Shown here: positions 52,291-64,000 of the stretch, piece after piece
Position numbering within the stretch: the stretch's first letter is position 1
Layout: the number at the start of each line of letters is the position of its first letter
Source of the DNA: Octopus vulgaris
Taxonomy: Eukaryota
DNA: 64,000 bases
NCBI GenBank assembly: GCA_951406725.2
Contig: OX597815.1
Location: 81,282,001 to 81,346,000 of the forward strand
Direction of reading: 5' to 3'
Notes under the pieces: generated by a model
The model's input: the letters and a program-made list of their open reading frames with translations, nothing else
Told to the model about the DNA's origin: nothing
Databases searched by the model: none
Made by a program: the position numbers and the translations under genes

Positions 52291-53160
52291 TACACACACA
52301 CACACACACACACATACAAATAACATAGAAATTAACCTAGCTGTCTCTGAAACAAAACGGCTGTTGTTTGTGTTGTTCTGGTTAAATAACTCAGCAATTC
52401 AGATGGAGAAGCAGAAATATGGTTTGGCTTCTTATTCAATGTATGTGTATGTGCACATGTTATATTTACATGTGTGTATGAGTGTGTGTAGGTTATATTT
52501 GTGTGTGTGTGTATGAGAGAGAGAGAGAGATGAATAGAAAGATAGAGACACACGTACACAACACACACTAAATAAGCAAGCAGTCCATACAGATCTGCTT
52601 CTCCTGCATCCGAAAATGAGGATAACTTTCTCAACCACATAAAGACAACATCATCATCATCATCATCACACACACACACACACACACACCAGCAAACTTC
52701 ACTTGAAAACTTTTTGGCTGACTGATGTTGTAAGGAAATACTGAATGTCACAGACTGTAGATATTTTCCTTCTTACTTGAGGAGTATGCTATGGCTTTGA
52801 GGTCATCATGAGTGGATGTTTGGTATTCAGCAAGGAGTGCTGCCAGCAACACACACACACACATACACACACAAGTCAGCTGAAACTTTTAAGTATATGT
52901 TATATAAATAATATGTATAATTTTATTTTTTGTGTCACTGAATAAGTATGCGTTTCTGTGTGTGTGTGTGTTCCCACACACTTGTACACATGCTTTTACT
53001 GTTTTCAGTTATTAGACTGTGGCACACTGACTTCAAGTGTTTAAATAAATTATACAGAATTTATTATCTCTAGCAGTTTTGCAAATTCAACTTGTACTGA
53101 GTTATGGTCCTTTAGCAACAAATACGACAAGCTACGCTTGATCAACACACCGTTTTACAA

Positions 53161-54710
<1,550 letters not shown>

Positions 54711-54770
54711 GCCGTTGCCCCAGCATGACCACAGCCTTAAGGCTGAAACATGTAAAAGAATAAAAAAGAA
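54711..54770 (+). mobile_element. SINE A-type 3' tail
   Basis: gccccagcatgaccacagcc..ggctgaaacatgtaaaagaataaaa. Confidence 0.6.
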
Positions 54771-55509
54771 TATTAGCGACAGAGACAGCATTAGTACAGA
54801 GAGGTAATATTTATGCTCACTTAAGCATGGATGTTCTGTTAGAAGAAACTATACTGCGGTAGATACCACGAGAGTTTTTCATAAATAACACCATTTTATA
54901 CTGATTTACAAAAAAATACACCTATATCCGCCCCTCTCTCTCTCTCTCACACACATACACAACAGTCGTCTCAGAGCTGTTGCCTATGAAATTTCAACCA
55001 TAAATGGGGTTTGAGGGGAGGGGGGAGCAAAAAAGAAAAAAAGAAAGAAAAAGAATGTGCATATTGTCCAAGATGCCAAACAGTGGGAACAAAACCAGGA
55101 CCACGTAACTGCAGAGAAAAGAACTTTCCGACCATAAGAACATGAAGTGTTTTAATTAATTAAATTGACCTCAGCACTTTAGTCTGGTAATTATTATTTT
55201 ACTAACCACAGGAAGAAAGGGCAAATTTAAACTGGACCGGATATAAACTCAGAACACACACATACCACATGTACACATCACATACACATATAATAATAAT
55301 AATAAATATATATATATATATATATTACATTTGTGTTATATTACAGGAATATTTTATGTGTGGGGACATCTTCATGTGAGTGTATACAAGTAGTACTCAG
55401 GAAAAACACAGAGTCAAAAATTAAAGACATTATTAGTAATACAAAATTCTTAGAACAGCCCCAAAATATTATTTCTGTGTTATACACATGTGTGAATGAA
55501 GACAGAATG

Positions 55510-55800
<291 letters not shown>

Positions 55801-55806
55801 ATGGGC

Positions 55807-56000
55807 ATCATCATTTAACATCCATGTTACATGTTGGCATGGATTGGATGGTTTGACAGAATTTAATGGGTTCAAGGATTGCATGATGTTCTAAAGTCTA
55901 CTTTGGCTTGTTTTCTATGACTGGATGCCCTTCCCAACACTGACCACTTTACAGCATGTAGTAAGTACTTTTTTCATGCCACCTGCACTAGCGAGGTTAC
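55807..56000 (-). mobile_element. RTE-type 3' UTR fragment
   Basis: catcatcatttaacatcca..ggcatgg..ggatgcccttcccaacac. Confidence 0.7.
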
Positions 56001-56669
56001 AATACTATAAAACTACAAACCCTGAGAGAGGCAGCATTATGTTGTGCTTGGAGATGAGGGCTTGAAGCATGAGAAAAAAAGGACAAAAGCAGAATGGGTT
56101 TCTTGCTGAAGAGGAGCTACATAGTTACATTTTAGAAGAGAGGGTGGGAATAACTGGGACAAAGCTGGGAAGCAATGAAGACAGAGGTAATGATGTGCCT
56201 GGGTGAACCTTCAGGGGGTGAGGTGAGTAAAAGAGAGTGGAGATAGAAGAACTGAAAATGGTAGATAAAATTCTGGTTGACTCAGAACCACTACAAAGGT
56301 TACAAAATCCACTGTAACAATGGACAAACACCTTATCAATTAGATATACCTGTCTACACTCAATATATAATAACTGCATCGTAAAAAGTCATGATAGCCA
56401 AATAAGACACACAGGCACACTATTATGTACGTGTGCTTTAATCTATGATAGTGTCAAAAATCAGTGTCAAAGAGAAAAAGGAAGACTGCCACATTGGTCA
56501 ATGACAACAACGTCACTGCAGTAATATGTCAATAACCAGGTCACAGATAAACAGATATTTTATAGAATATTGCAAAAACTTAAGTGGAAATTTTATATAC
56601 GGAAACATTATAAAACACACATACTCAAGGTAAGTGCTTTGCTTGTTTGCCAACAGGCTGCAACTTGGT

Positions 56670-56810
56670 GCAGTGGAGATGACTCCATCAAAGCACTGGG
56701 AGCTAAAATACCTGAAAAGTCATAGACTGGTGAGACAACTCACCCCAGATCCCATTCAGGAGTGATGGACATTGTTGTTTCAATGTTTTTGTGGCATATC
56801 AACACCACAT
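56670..56810 (-). pseudogene. Possible very old LINE reverse-transcriptase remnant
   Basis: Minus strand gives frameshifted traces resembling K-T..I-x-L-N-G..F-R-Y-x-x-S of RTE RT; weak. Confidence 0.25.
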
Positions 56811-57083
56811 ACCTGAATGGAATCAGAGGCGAACTGAATCACCAGTCCATGACTATATACAAATAGTGTAAACAAAACATATGTATACAGAGAGAGAGGG
56901 AGAAGAAGACAGACACACAGACGAACATACAAACACACACTTAGGTGTGCTAACGGGAGAAAAAAGTAAATTCAACAGAGTTTATTTATTCATTCAAATC
57001 TGAAGTAATTCATCTGCTTACTACACCAGGTTATGCAAAACTCAGAGTAACAATGTTTCCTAAGCTTTGAATAAACATCTATA

Positions 57084-57248
57084 GGCGCAGGAGTGGCTGT
57101 GTGGTAAGTAGCTTGCTTACCAACCACATGGTTTCAGGTTCAGTCCCACTGGGTGGTACCTTGGGTAAGTGTCTTCTACTATAGTCTCAGGCCGACCAAA
57201 GCCTTGTGAGTGGATTTGGTAGATGGAAACTGAAAGAAGCCCATCGTG

Positions 57249-57285
<37 letters not shown>

Positions 57286-57500
57286 TTGTGTGTCTGTGTT
57301 TGCCCCCCTCCCAACATCGCTTGACAACTGATGCTGGTGTATTTACGCCCCTGTAACTTAGTGGTTCAACAAAAAGAGACCGATGGAATAAGTACTAGGC
57401 TTATAAAGGATAAGTCCTGGGGTTGATTTGCTCGACTAAAGGAGGTGCTTCAGCATGGCCACAGTCAAATGACTGAAACAAGAGTAAAAGAGCAAAAAGA
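57084..57500 (+). mobile_element. SINE family A, full-length
   Basis: ggcgcaggagtggctgtgtggtaagtagcttgc.. complete body, internal (TA)/(TG)n, tail gactgaaacaagagtaaaagag then (GA)n. Confidence 0.94.
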
Positions 57501-57504
57501 GACC

Positions 57505-57538
<34 letters not shown>

Positions 57539-58614
57539 AAGAGAGACCATGTGTCCAATAAGCTTATCAGTTTCTTTCTGAAACAAACCAATTTCAAAAC
57601 ACTTCTTTATTGACAGGATATCTCCATTCCAGTGTGTGTGTGTGTGTGCGCGCGCATACGGGGGTGTATTTTATATATATATATGATCCTCATCGTTTTA
57701 TTGTATTGTGGGAGAAGTGGTGGTGAGGAAAGTTGTGTGTGCTGGCACGGATGTACAGGTCACATTCATACATATATATACATTCCCTAATCAACCTCCC
57801 CACTGCTATCATGCTCCTTAATTTTCGACAATGCGTCATACATACATGCAAATAAAATGCATCCAACATCAAAGATGAGTCCCCCCCCCACCCAGACACA
57901 CCCACACACTCTCCTATGTCTACAGATAAAGCTAATTCTACACCACCATGCAGTATGTAATCTTGACCTTTTAAAAGTACATCTCTTTATTTAGTTTTTT
58001 TGGGTTTTTTTTTTTCTTTCTAAATTTAATTTTTTTTTCTTCTTCTGTCTTCTTCTCTATCTCTCCTTCACTCACTCTTCTGCAAACAGAACCACTTAAC
58101 AGCAATGGTAATAGGTGGACAATGATAGCAATGATGATGATGATGGTGATGATGATGACGACGATGGTGATGACAATGCCAGTGGAAGGGATATGTGGAG
58201 CGAGATGGGGGGAGGTGACAAGAGCAATAAACAACAGTAACGAGCAACCAACGGCAACAGCGCACCAACAACACACTCGTTTGGCAAGGGCTGATAATTA
58301 CAATAATTTTAAAAGAATTTAACAAATCAGTCTGAAGTAACAAAACTTAACAGTAATAAGACAGTGCGGAGTGTACGGTGTACGTGGATGATGGCGGCGT
58401 CAAGGTTGGGGGTAAATGTGTGGAGGTGGGGACAGAGAGAGAGAGAGAGAGAGGAATTTAATGAGAGGTAATGTTGGATAGAACTAAAACAAATAATTGG
58501 AAACTGGTAGAGAAGTATGCAGAGCATTGGTACAGTGCTGGGTTCATACAAGATTGCCGGGGGGGGGGGGGACAAAAAAGATAGTAAATCGGGGAACCCA
58601 CAACAGCATTTTAA

Positions 58615-58822
58615 TTCCTTTAGCGTTCAGATTTGTTGAACGTAATAGTCATTTATTCACATTGTTGTGAATTAATCGTACGCTTCACGATTTTGATGGG
58701 TCAGGGCTTTTATTTTCAGAATAACATTGCAGGGTAGGTATGAGAGGTATGATTTGGCCAGTTTGAACATAATACAAGGTAGAATATTTGGGTTCGATAT
58801 GGCTGGTTTGAATGCCAAAGAG
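58615..58822 (-). mobile_element. piggyBac-like MITE family E
   Basis: TTAA at 58611-58614, cctttagcgttcaga..ggtagaatatttggg..aatgccaaagag. Confidence 0.75.
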
Positions 58823-59157
58823 GCCCCTGAAAAGATATTTTGCCTTAGATGTATGTATTGCAAGAAACAGCTAGGTTTCTTTCTCTAACATTTTACATAA
58901 TTCAACCTACATGAGTGAACGTGTGAAAAACCAAATAAGAATTTTGAAAGAATTTCTATAAAATACCACCCCCCACCCCCGCCCCGTAGAGGAAGCATTG
59001 GCACTTTTTTTTTTTCTTATTTGAGAAGCAGGCTCTATGAGACATAGTTCATCAGGTGGTCTGTGCTAATAGTAAAAGATTCAAGGTGATTTTTTTTTTT
59101 TTTTGAGATGTTCCATTCAGAATGTCCCGTGGGCTGCAGTTTGCCCATGATGGGTGA

Positions 59158-59492
59158 AGAAGGAAGAAGAATGGTAAGAGGACACGGAAAAGAAGGAAGA
59201 AGACAGATGTAGGAGGAAATACTAAAGACTGGAGAAGAGAAAACATTAATGAGGATTGGGAAGGTAGGTAAGAAATGAAAAAAAGCATAGAGGTGTAGAG
59301 AAAGAGGGGAGATAAATAGATAAGAGGGGGGAAAAAATGAAAAAAGTTCAAGGGGAGAGAGAGAGAATAGACAAAGAAAGAGAATGAAAGGAAAGATGAT
59401 TGAGACAAGACAGAGGAAGAAATAGATAAAGAGAGAGAGTGTAAGAAAGAGAATAAAGTTGAGAGAGAAAGGGAGAAAGAGATGAAGAGAAG
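59158..59492 (+). repeat. Purine-rich low-complexity tract
   Basis: Strong G/A strand bias. Confidence 0.8.
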
Positions 59493-60225
59493 TCTGAAAA
59501 CACTGTTTTTGGTTACTGTGCACTGAAGAAACACAGGAAGCATTTTGTAGGGTCCAGTGTTGATAAGGAGTTACATAAGCCACAGACAAACCAGCCAACT
59601 GACCAATTAACTATCTAGCCAACACAAGGCACACACACACACAAATCTAGAAGCCTTATTAACTACGGACTAATTGATTGGATAAAAGGTAACTGGCTTA
59701 CAGCATTTTTGAGATCTTGGTGGTGGTGGCAGTAATAGTAGTAGTAGTAGTAGTAGCAACGGCAAGCATGAGTAATAGTGATTTTTATCTAACATAATAA
59801 ACACAAGGCCATAGGGGAAGATAAGATATGGATAGGATGAATGAGAGAGGAGGGGAGTCACCCTAACTTCCCCAAGTACTTGACTGGTAATTATTTTATC
59901 AGAAAGATAAAGTGAATTTCAGCAGGATTTGAACCCGGAGCAGAATAAAGAGAGGATTCATAAATAAATACCAGAGGACATTCTGTCCTCTGCTGGTCCA
60001 CTCACCACCCTATACAAACTAGTAGTAGTAGTAGTAGTAGTAGTGATATTGACAATAACATTAGCAGCAGGGCTGAAAGGGGTGGTCTGTAACTAATGAC
60101 CACCCATATCCCATTTGTTTTTCTTTTGGCTTCTTTGTTGTTTTTGTAGTTTGAGTAAAGTGACCCCAACTTTACAGACAATAGAGCCTGCAAGAAAAAT
60201 AATTCTAAAATGCCTCTTTCATTCT

Positions 60226-60260
<35 letters not shown>

Positions 60261-60262
<2 letters not shown>

Positions 60263-60470
60263 TTTATCTGTTTTAGTCATTAGACTGTGGCTATGCTGGG
60301 GCATCACCTTGAAAAATCTTTAGTCAAATGAATTGGCCCTAGTACTTATTTCCTTTTAAGCCAGGTACTTATTCCATCAGTCTCTTTTGCTGAACCACTA
60401 AGCTACAGGGGATGTAAACATACTAACACCAGTTGCCAAGTGGTGGCAGGGGACAAAGACATACACACTC
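60261..60470 (-). mobile_element. SINE family A 3' half
   Basis: tttagtcattagactgtggctatgctgg..tctcttttgctgaaccactaag..ggggacaaa. Confidence 0.8.
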
Positions 60471-60621
60471 TCCATGGCAAATTCAACAGGGTCTTTACTG
60501 ATTTAACTAAATAAATCAATTGGTTCTGCTTGACTGCCTGATGTGTGTGTGTGTGTGTGTAGATTTTGTAATGTAATTCTGTTTACTAAACTATATCATA
60601 TATTACCATTCTACAACTGAT

Positions 60622-61035
60622 TGGTGCTAACGTAGGGATGCGAGTCTTGGATGATAAGCAAAGTCATGGAGAAGAGACACAAAAGCTACGGAAATGTGGT
60701 TTTATATAAAAATGCTCAGAATCTCGTCGGTACAGAGGGTGATGAATGTGGAAGTGTTGAAGAGGATGAAAGTGGAGAGACAGTTGATGGATTCTATCAG
60801 AGAGAGAGACAGTGGAGATTTGTTGGTCATTTTCTCAGAGAGAATGATGGAATGGAGCGTTACATGGTGGAGACTGAACTGGAAAGGAAGGCAGAGAATG
60901 AAGATGTTTGACTGGATGAAGAAGAGAATGAACGTGCAGAGCGAGAAAGACCTGAGTGATGTTGCGAGGAGAGAGAGAAATAAACAGAGGAGGAACAAGC
61001 CACGATTCGTCAACAGCATGAATATGCCATGACAC
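60622..61035 (+). pseudogene. RTE (BovB-like) LINE ORF2 C-terminal fragment
   Basis: Frameshifted GCESWMISK..EMWFYIKMLRIS..VMNVEVLKRM..RERQWRFVGHFLRE matches the RTE GCESW / EMWxxRRMLRI / GHxxR motifs. Confidence 0.85.
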
Positions 61036-61397
61036 AACAGGAGGAGGACCATACTACAATCTTCTATCGAGCCCATTGGTAACCAAAATACATTTTTGAA
61101 TTTCAAGTATTTATTATTGTATTACTTCTCTGTTTCAGCTATTAATTCCAGAATAAATAGAGCACTCTGGCATATAGATTTCACATGCAAAATGCTTTTA
61201 TTTAAATTGTAAAACATTTTGGCAGAGTTCATAAAATATGACTATTTGCTAAATATCAGTTATGTGTAATTATAACATGAAACATAGGGTAAAGAGTGGG
61301 TTATTTTTTTGTTTTCTGTGCCTAGCTAATGTATCAAAATATGCATATGTGAATATATTTACATACACACATGCATAGATACACACACACATACACA

Positions 61398-61569
61398 TAA
61401 AAAGTACCCACTTCACTCTCAGAATGGTTGGCATTAAGAAAGGTATCCAACTGTAGAAATATTGCCAAATCAGATTGGAACTTGATGTAGTCACTGGCTT
61501 TCCAGACCTCAGTCAAACCATCCAATACATACCAGCATGGAAAATGAACATTAAACAATGATGATAATG
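61398..61569 (+). mobile_element. RTE-type 3' UTR fragment with (GAT)n tail
   Basis: ggttggcattaagaaaggtatccaactgtagaaa..gtcaaaccatccaa..agcatggaaaatgaacattaaacaatgatgat. Confidence 0.8.
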
Positions 61570-61592
61570 ACACACACACACATTCACTTAGC

Positions 61593-61892
61593 GAAGGTGT
61601 GTGGCTTAGTGGTTAAAGTGTTGCACTCACAATTGCAAGATTGTGGGTTCGATTCCCAGACTGGGCATTGCATTGTGTTCTTGAGCAAAGCACTTCCTTT
61701 CATGTTGCTCTGCTGTCATTTCAACATCTGACATGTGGCACCCGGTTGCCAATGTACAGGTAATGTTGATTTGATGAAGGGAGTCAGCTTATGTCTACAC
61801 AACATTTGATCGCCATAAACAAATCATGTGTGTGGTTGTTCAGTAAGAAACTGTCGAACCCTCATACTTCGTCTAACGACGGAGAGAGTCCA
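61593..61892 (+). mobile_element. SINE family C
   Basis: A box TGGCTTAGTGG, B box GGTTCGATTCCC, ttgtgttcttgagcaaagcactt. Confidence 0.9.
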
Positions 61893-61930
61893 TTATGTAT
61901 ACACATACATATATATGTATGCATGTATGT

Positions 61931-62246
61931 GAAGGCGCATGGCTTAGTGGTGAGACTGTTGCACTCACGATTGTGAGATCATGGTTTCAATTCCCAAACA
62001 GGGTGTTGCGTTGTGTTCTTGAGCAAAGTACTTCATTTCATGCTGCTCTGCGAACATTTCGTCGTCTGGCATGTGGCATGTCATGTAGCGTGGTACATCA
62101 TGCACCTGTACAGTTAATGTCGACTTGATGGAGGGAGTGCACTTAGGTAAACATAAACATTTGATCACTATAAACAAATCATCTGTGTGGTTGTTCAGCA
62201 AGAAATTGCAGAACCCTCATACATCATCTAATGACGGGAGAGTCCA
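61931..62246 (+). mobile_element. SINE family C, tandem second copy
   Basis: gaaggcgcatggcttagtgg..gagagtcca; diverged from the preceding copy. Confidence 0.9.
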
Positions 62247-62267
62247 TGATATATTCACACACACAGG

Positions 62268-62601
62268 CACAGAAGTGCAGCAGCAAAATTTGCTTAGGAG
62301 TGCAAACTTAAGTTCGAAACTTCTTCACAAACAGGGTTGATTTTTTTCAATTTTAATATCAAAACAAATACAGGTATATATAATAATTATAATAATAATA
62401 ATAATAATATTTGTGCATAAATAGAAATTGGATACCTGTAATGATGGAAAAGTAATGGCTCGAATCAGTTCCAAATGTTTCTATGTTCATTCATTTTGGC
62501 AATGAAGTTTTTCAGGAGGATGTTCAAAGTGCTTTCACTGCCACACAATAATTTTAGGGTGCACACTTGCATCCCCTGTACCCTCTGTTCCTAAGACATT
62601 G
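62268..62601 (-). mobile_element. Second, older copy of the 28844 hAT-like MITE
   Basis: aaaatttgcttag..cacaaacaggg and tttagggtgcac..cccctgtacc..tgttcc are reverse-complement matches to both ends of 28844-29080; no clear TSD. Confidence 0.6.
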
Positions 62602-62615
62602 ACATATGTGCATAC

Positions 62616-62646
<31 letters not shown>

Positions 62647-62716
62647 TTTATCTATTTACTGTGTGTGTGTGCGTATGCATTATATATATATACATATATA
62701 TATATATGTGTGTGTG

Positions 62717-62752
<36 letters not shown>

Positions 62753-63774
62753 TCTCCAACCATATCATGCTTAAAAAGTAGAAGTCAAATGATAATATTC
62801 ATTGTGGAAAAAGCAAAACAAACAGTCTCTTCAGCCAAGATCCTGTTTGAAATTGACAGTTTGGGAAATATGCTGCAAATTGCAAATTAGCAGTAATTGG
62901 GCAGCTAATTAGCAAAATGAGAAGCTGATAATTTTGATGTTAGTGATGTCATTTGAAAAAAAGGAAATTTATAACTAACAACTGGAATAGGTTTTAATAC
63001 TGATATAATAATGACCAAAAGAAAAAGTATGATCATCTTCTGTGACCAATGGATGAGATTGCAAATGGATTAACACAGATTTGATGGGTGATGGTAGTGA
63101 CAGATAACTGTTCTGAAGGACTTCGGGTGCATTTGAAATGTAGGAAGAACATAGTGTCATCCTCATCATTTAGAATCCATTTTTCCATGCTCGCATGTAT
63201 CAGATAGAATTTATCAAGGTTTTCTGCCCTTCTTGTTGCCAACCTTCACTCATTTCCCGAACACTCATGACAATTCAAGAAGCTCATATGTTCAACCAGG
63301 GCCACAAATTAAGCTGACCTATCTAAAATTTTCCTGAGAGAGAAAATATGTGTTGGGTTTATGAGTTTGTTTGTGTCTGTGAGAGAGTACAAGTACCCAT
63401 GAACTGGTGCATCCACGAGCGAGTGGGAGGGGAGAGAGAGAGAAAGGAGTAGATGTGTACTTGTATGTGAGCATATGCCCATCAGCTGTTTGTCTGCACA
63501 GCTGTGCATGTGTATATAGACGCATAAATGTATGTCTGCACAGATGCATGTGTTTCATCAGTATTTGTGTACTTAAATGTGTGTATTTGTGGGCGTAGGT
63601 TTGTATGCACAGCTAGTGGTAGAATTATGCAACTGTCAAAGGGTAATGGAGATAATTCGGAGAAGCAATGACATCTATAACATTCATGAAGAAGAGTACA
63701 TGGCTTACAAATATTTACAGAATTTAATTCAAAAACATTGGTGTCACATAAATTGGTAGAAACGTTAGAGATCA

Positions 63775-64000
63775 TTGTCATTTAACATCCACTTTTTCAT
63801 GCTTTGCATGAGTCAGAATTTAAGGCAGATTTTCTACAGCCAAATTCCATTCCTATTGCTAACCCTTATCTATTTTCAAACAAGGTAATATTTTCTCATG
63901 GTGTCACACACACATCATCAAACACCCATTTTCCATGTTGGTATGGGTCGGACAGGAGCTGGCCAGCTAGAGAGCTGCCCAGGCCCCAATTGTCTGTTTT
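63775..64000 (-). mobile_element. Two RTE-type 3' UTR fragments (second runs off the window)
   Basis: catttaacatccactttttcatgc and catcatc..ccattttccatgttggtatgggt. Confidence 0.65.

Noticed and set aside
56566-56629. Plus-strand exon with AAG|GTAAGT donor
   Set aside because: Weak acceptor, unrecognisable peptides and no partner exons; expected by chance in 64 kb
61593-61665. tRNA gene
   Set aside because: A and B boxes are present but continue into a multicopy SINE body; no convincing cloverleaf or oligo-T terminator

Overview
A 64-kb AT-rich eukaryotic non-coding window (intronic or intergenic). I could not find a recognisable host protein-coding gene. The very high density of (TA)n/(CA)n/(TACA)n/(GATA)n/(TAA)n microsatellites and the tRNA-derived SINE families suggest an Octopus (coleoid cephalopod) genome; this is inference from repeat style, not a search result. 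Nearly all long ORFs in the supplied track are microsatellite or low-complexity artefacts. The only protein-like remnants are decayed RTE-clade LINE ORF2 pieces (about 35.5, 51.4 and 60.6 kb) and a mariner transposase C-terminus (48.8 kb). The rest is at least three tRNA-headed SINE families (my labels A, B, C), RTE 3'-UTR/(GAT)n-tailed fragments, hAT-type MITEs with 8-bp target-site duplications (TSDs), TTAA-flanked piggyBac-like MITEs and many nested insertions. Most worth following up: (1) a (TA)n-embedded element carrying a degenerate minimal type I hammerhead-ribozyme fold; (2) reciprocal MITE/RTE nesting; (3) same-orientation SINE arrays and a TSD-flanked SINE dimer; (4) closely spaced inverted SINE pairs, which are possible ADAR substrates; (5) several small minus-strand exon-like islands; (6) motif-dense unique islands that may be enhancers. 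I found no convincing wholly new system. Boundaries of degenerate repeats are approximate.
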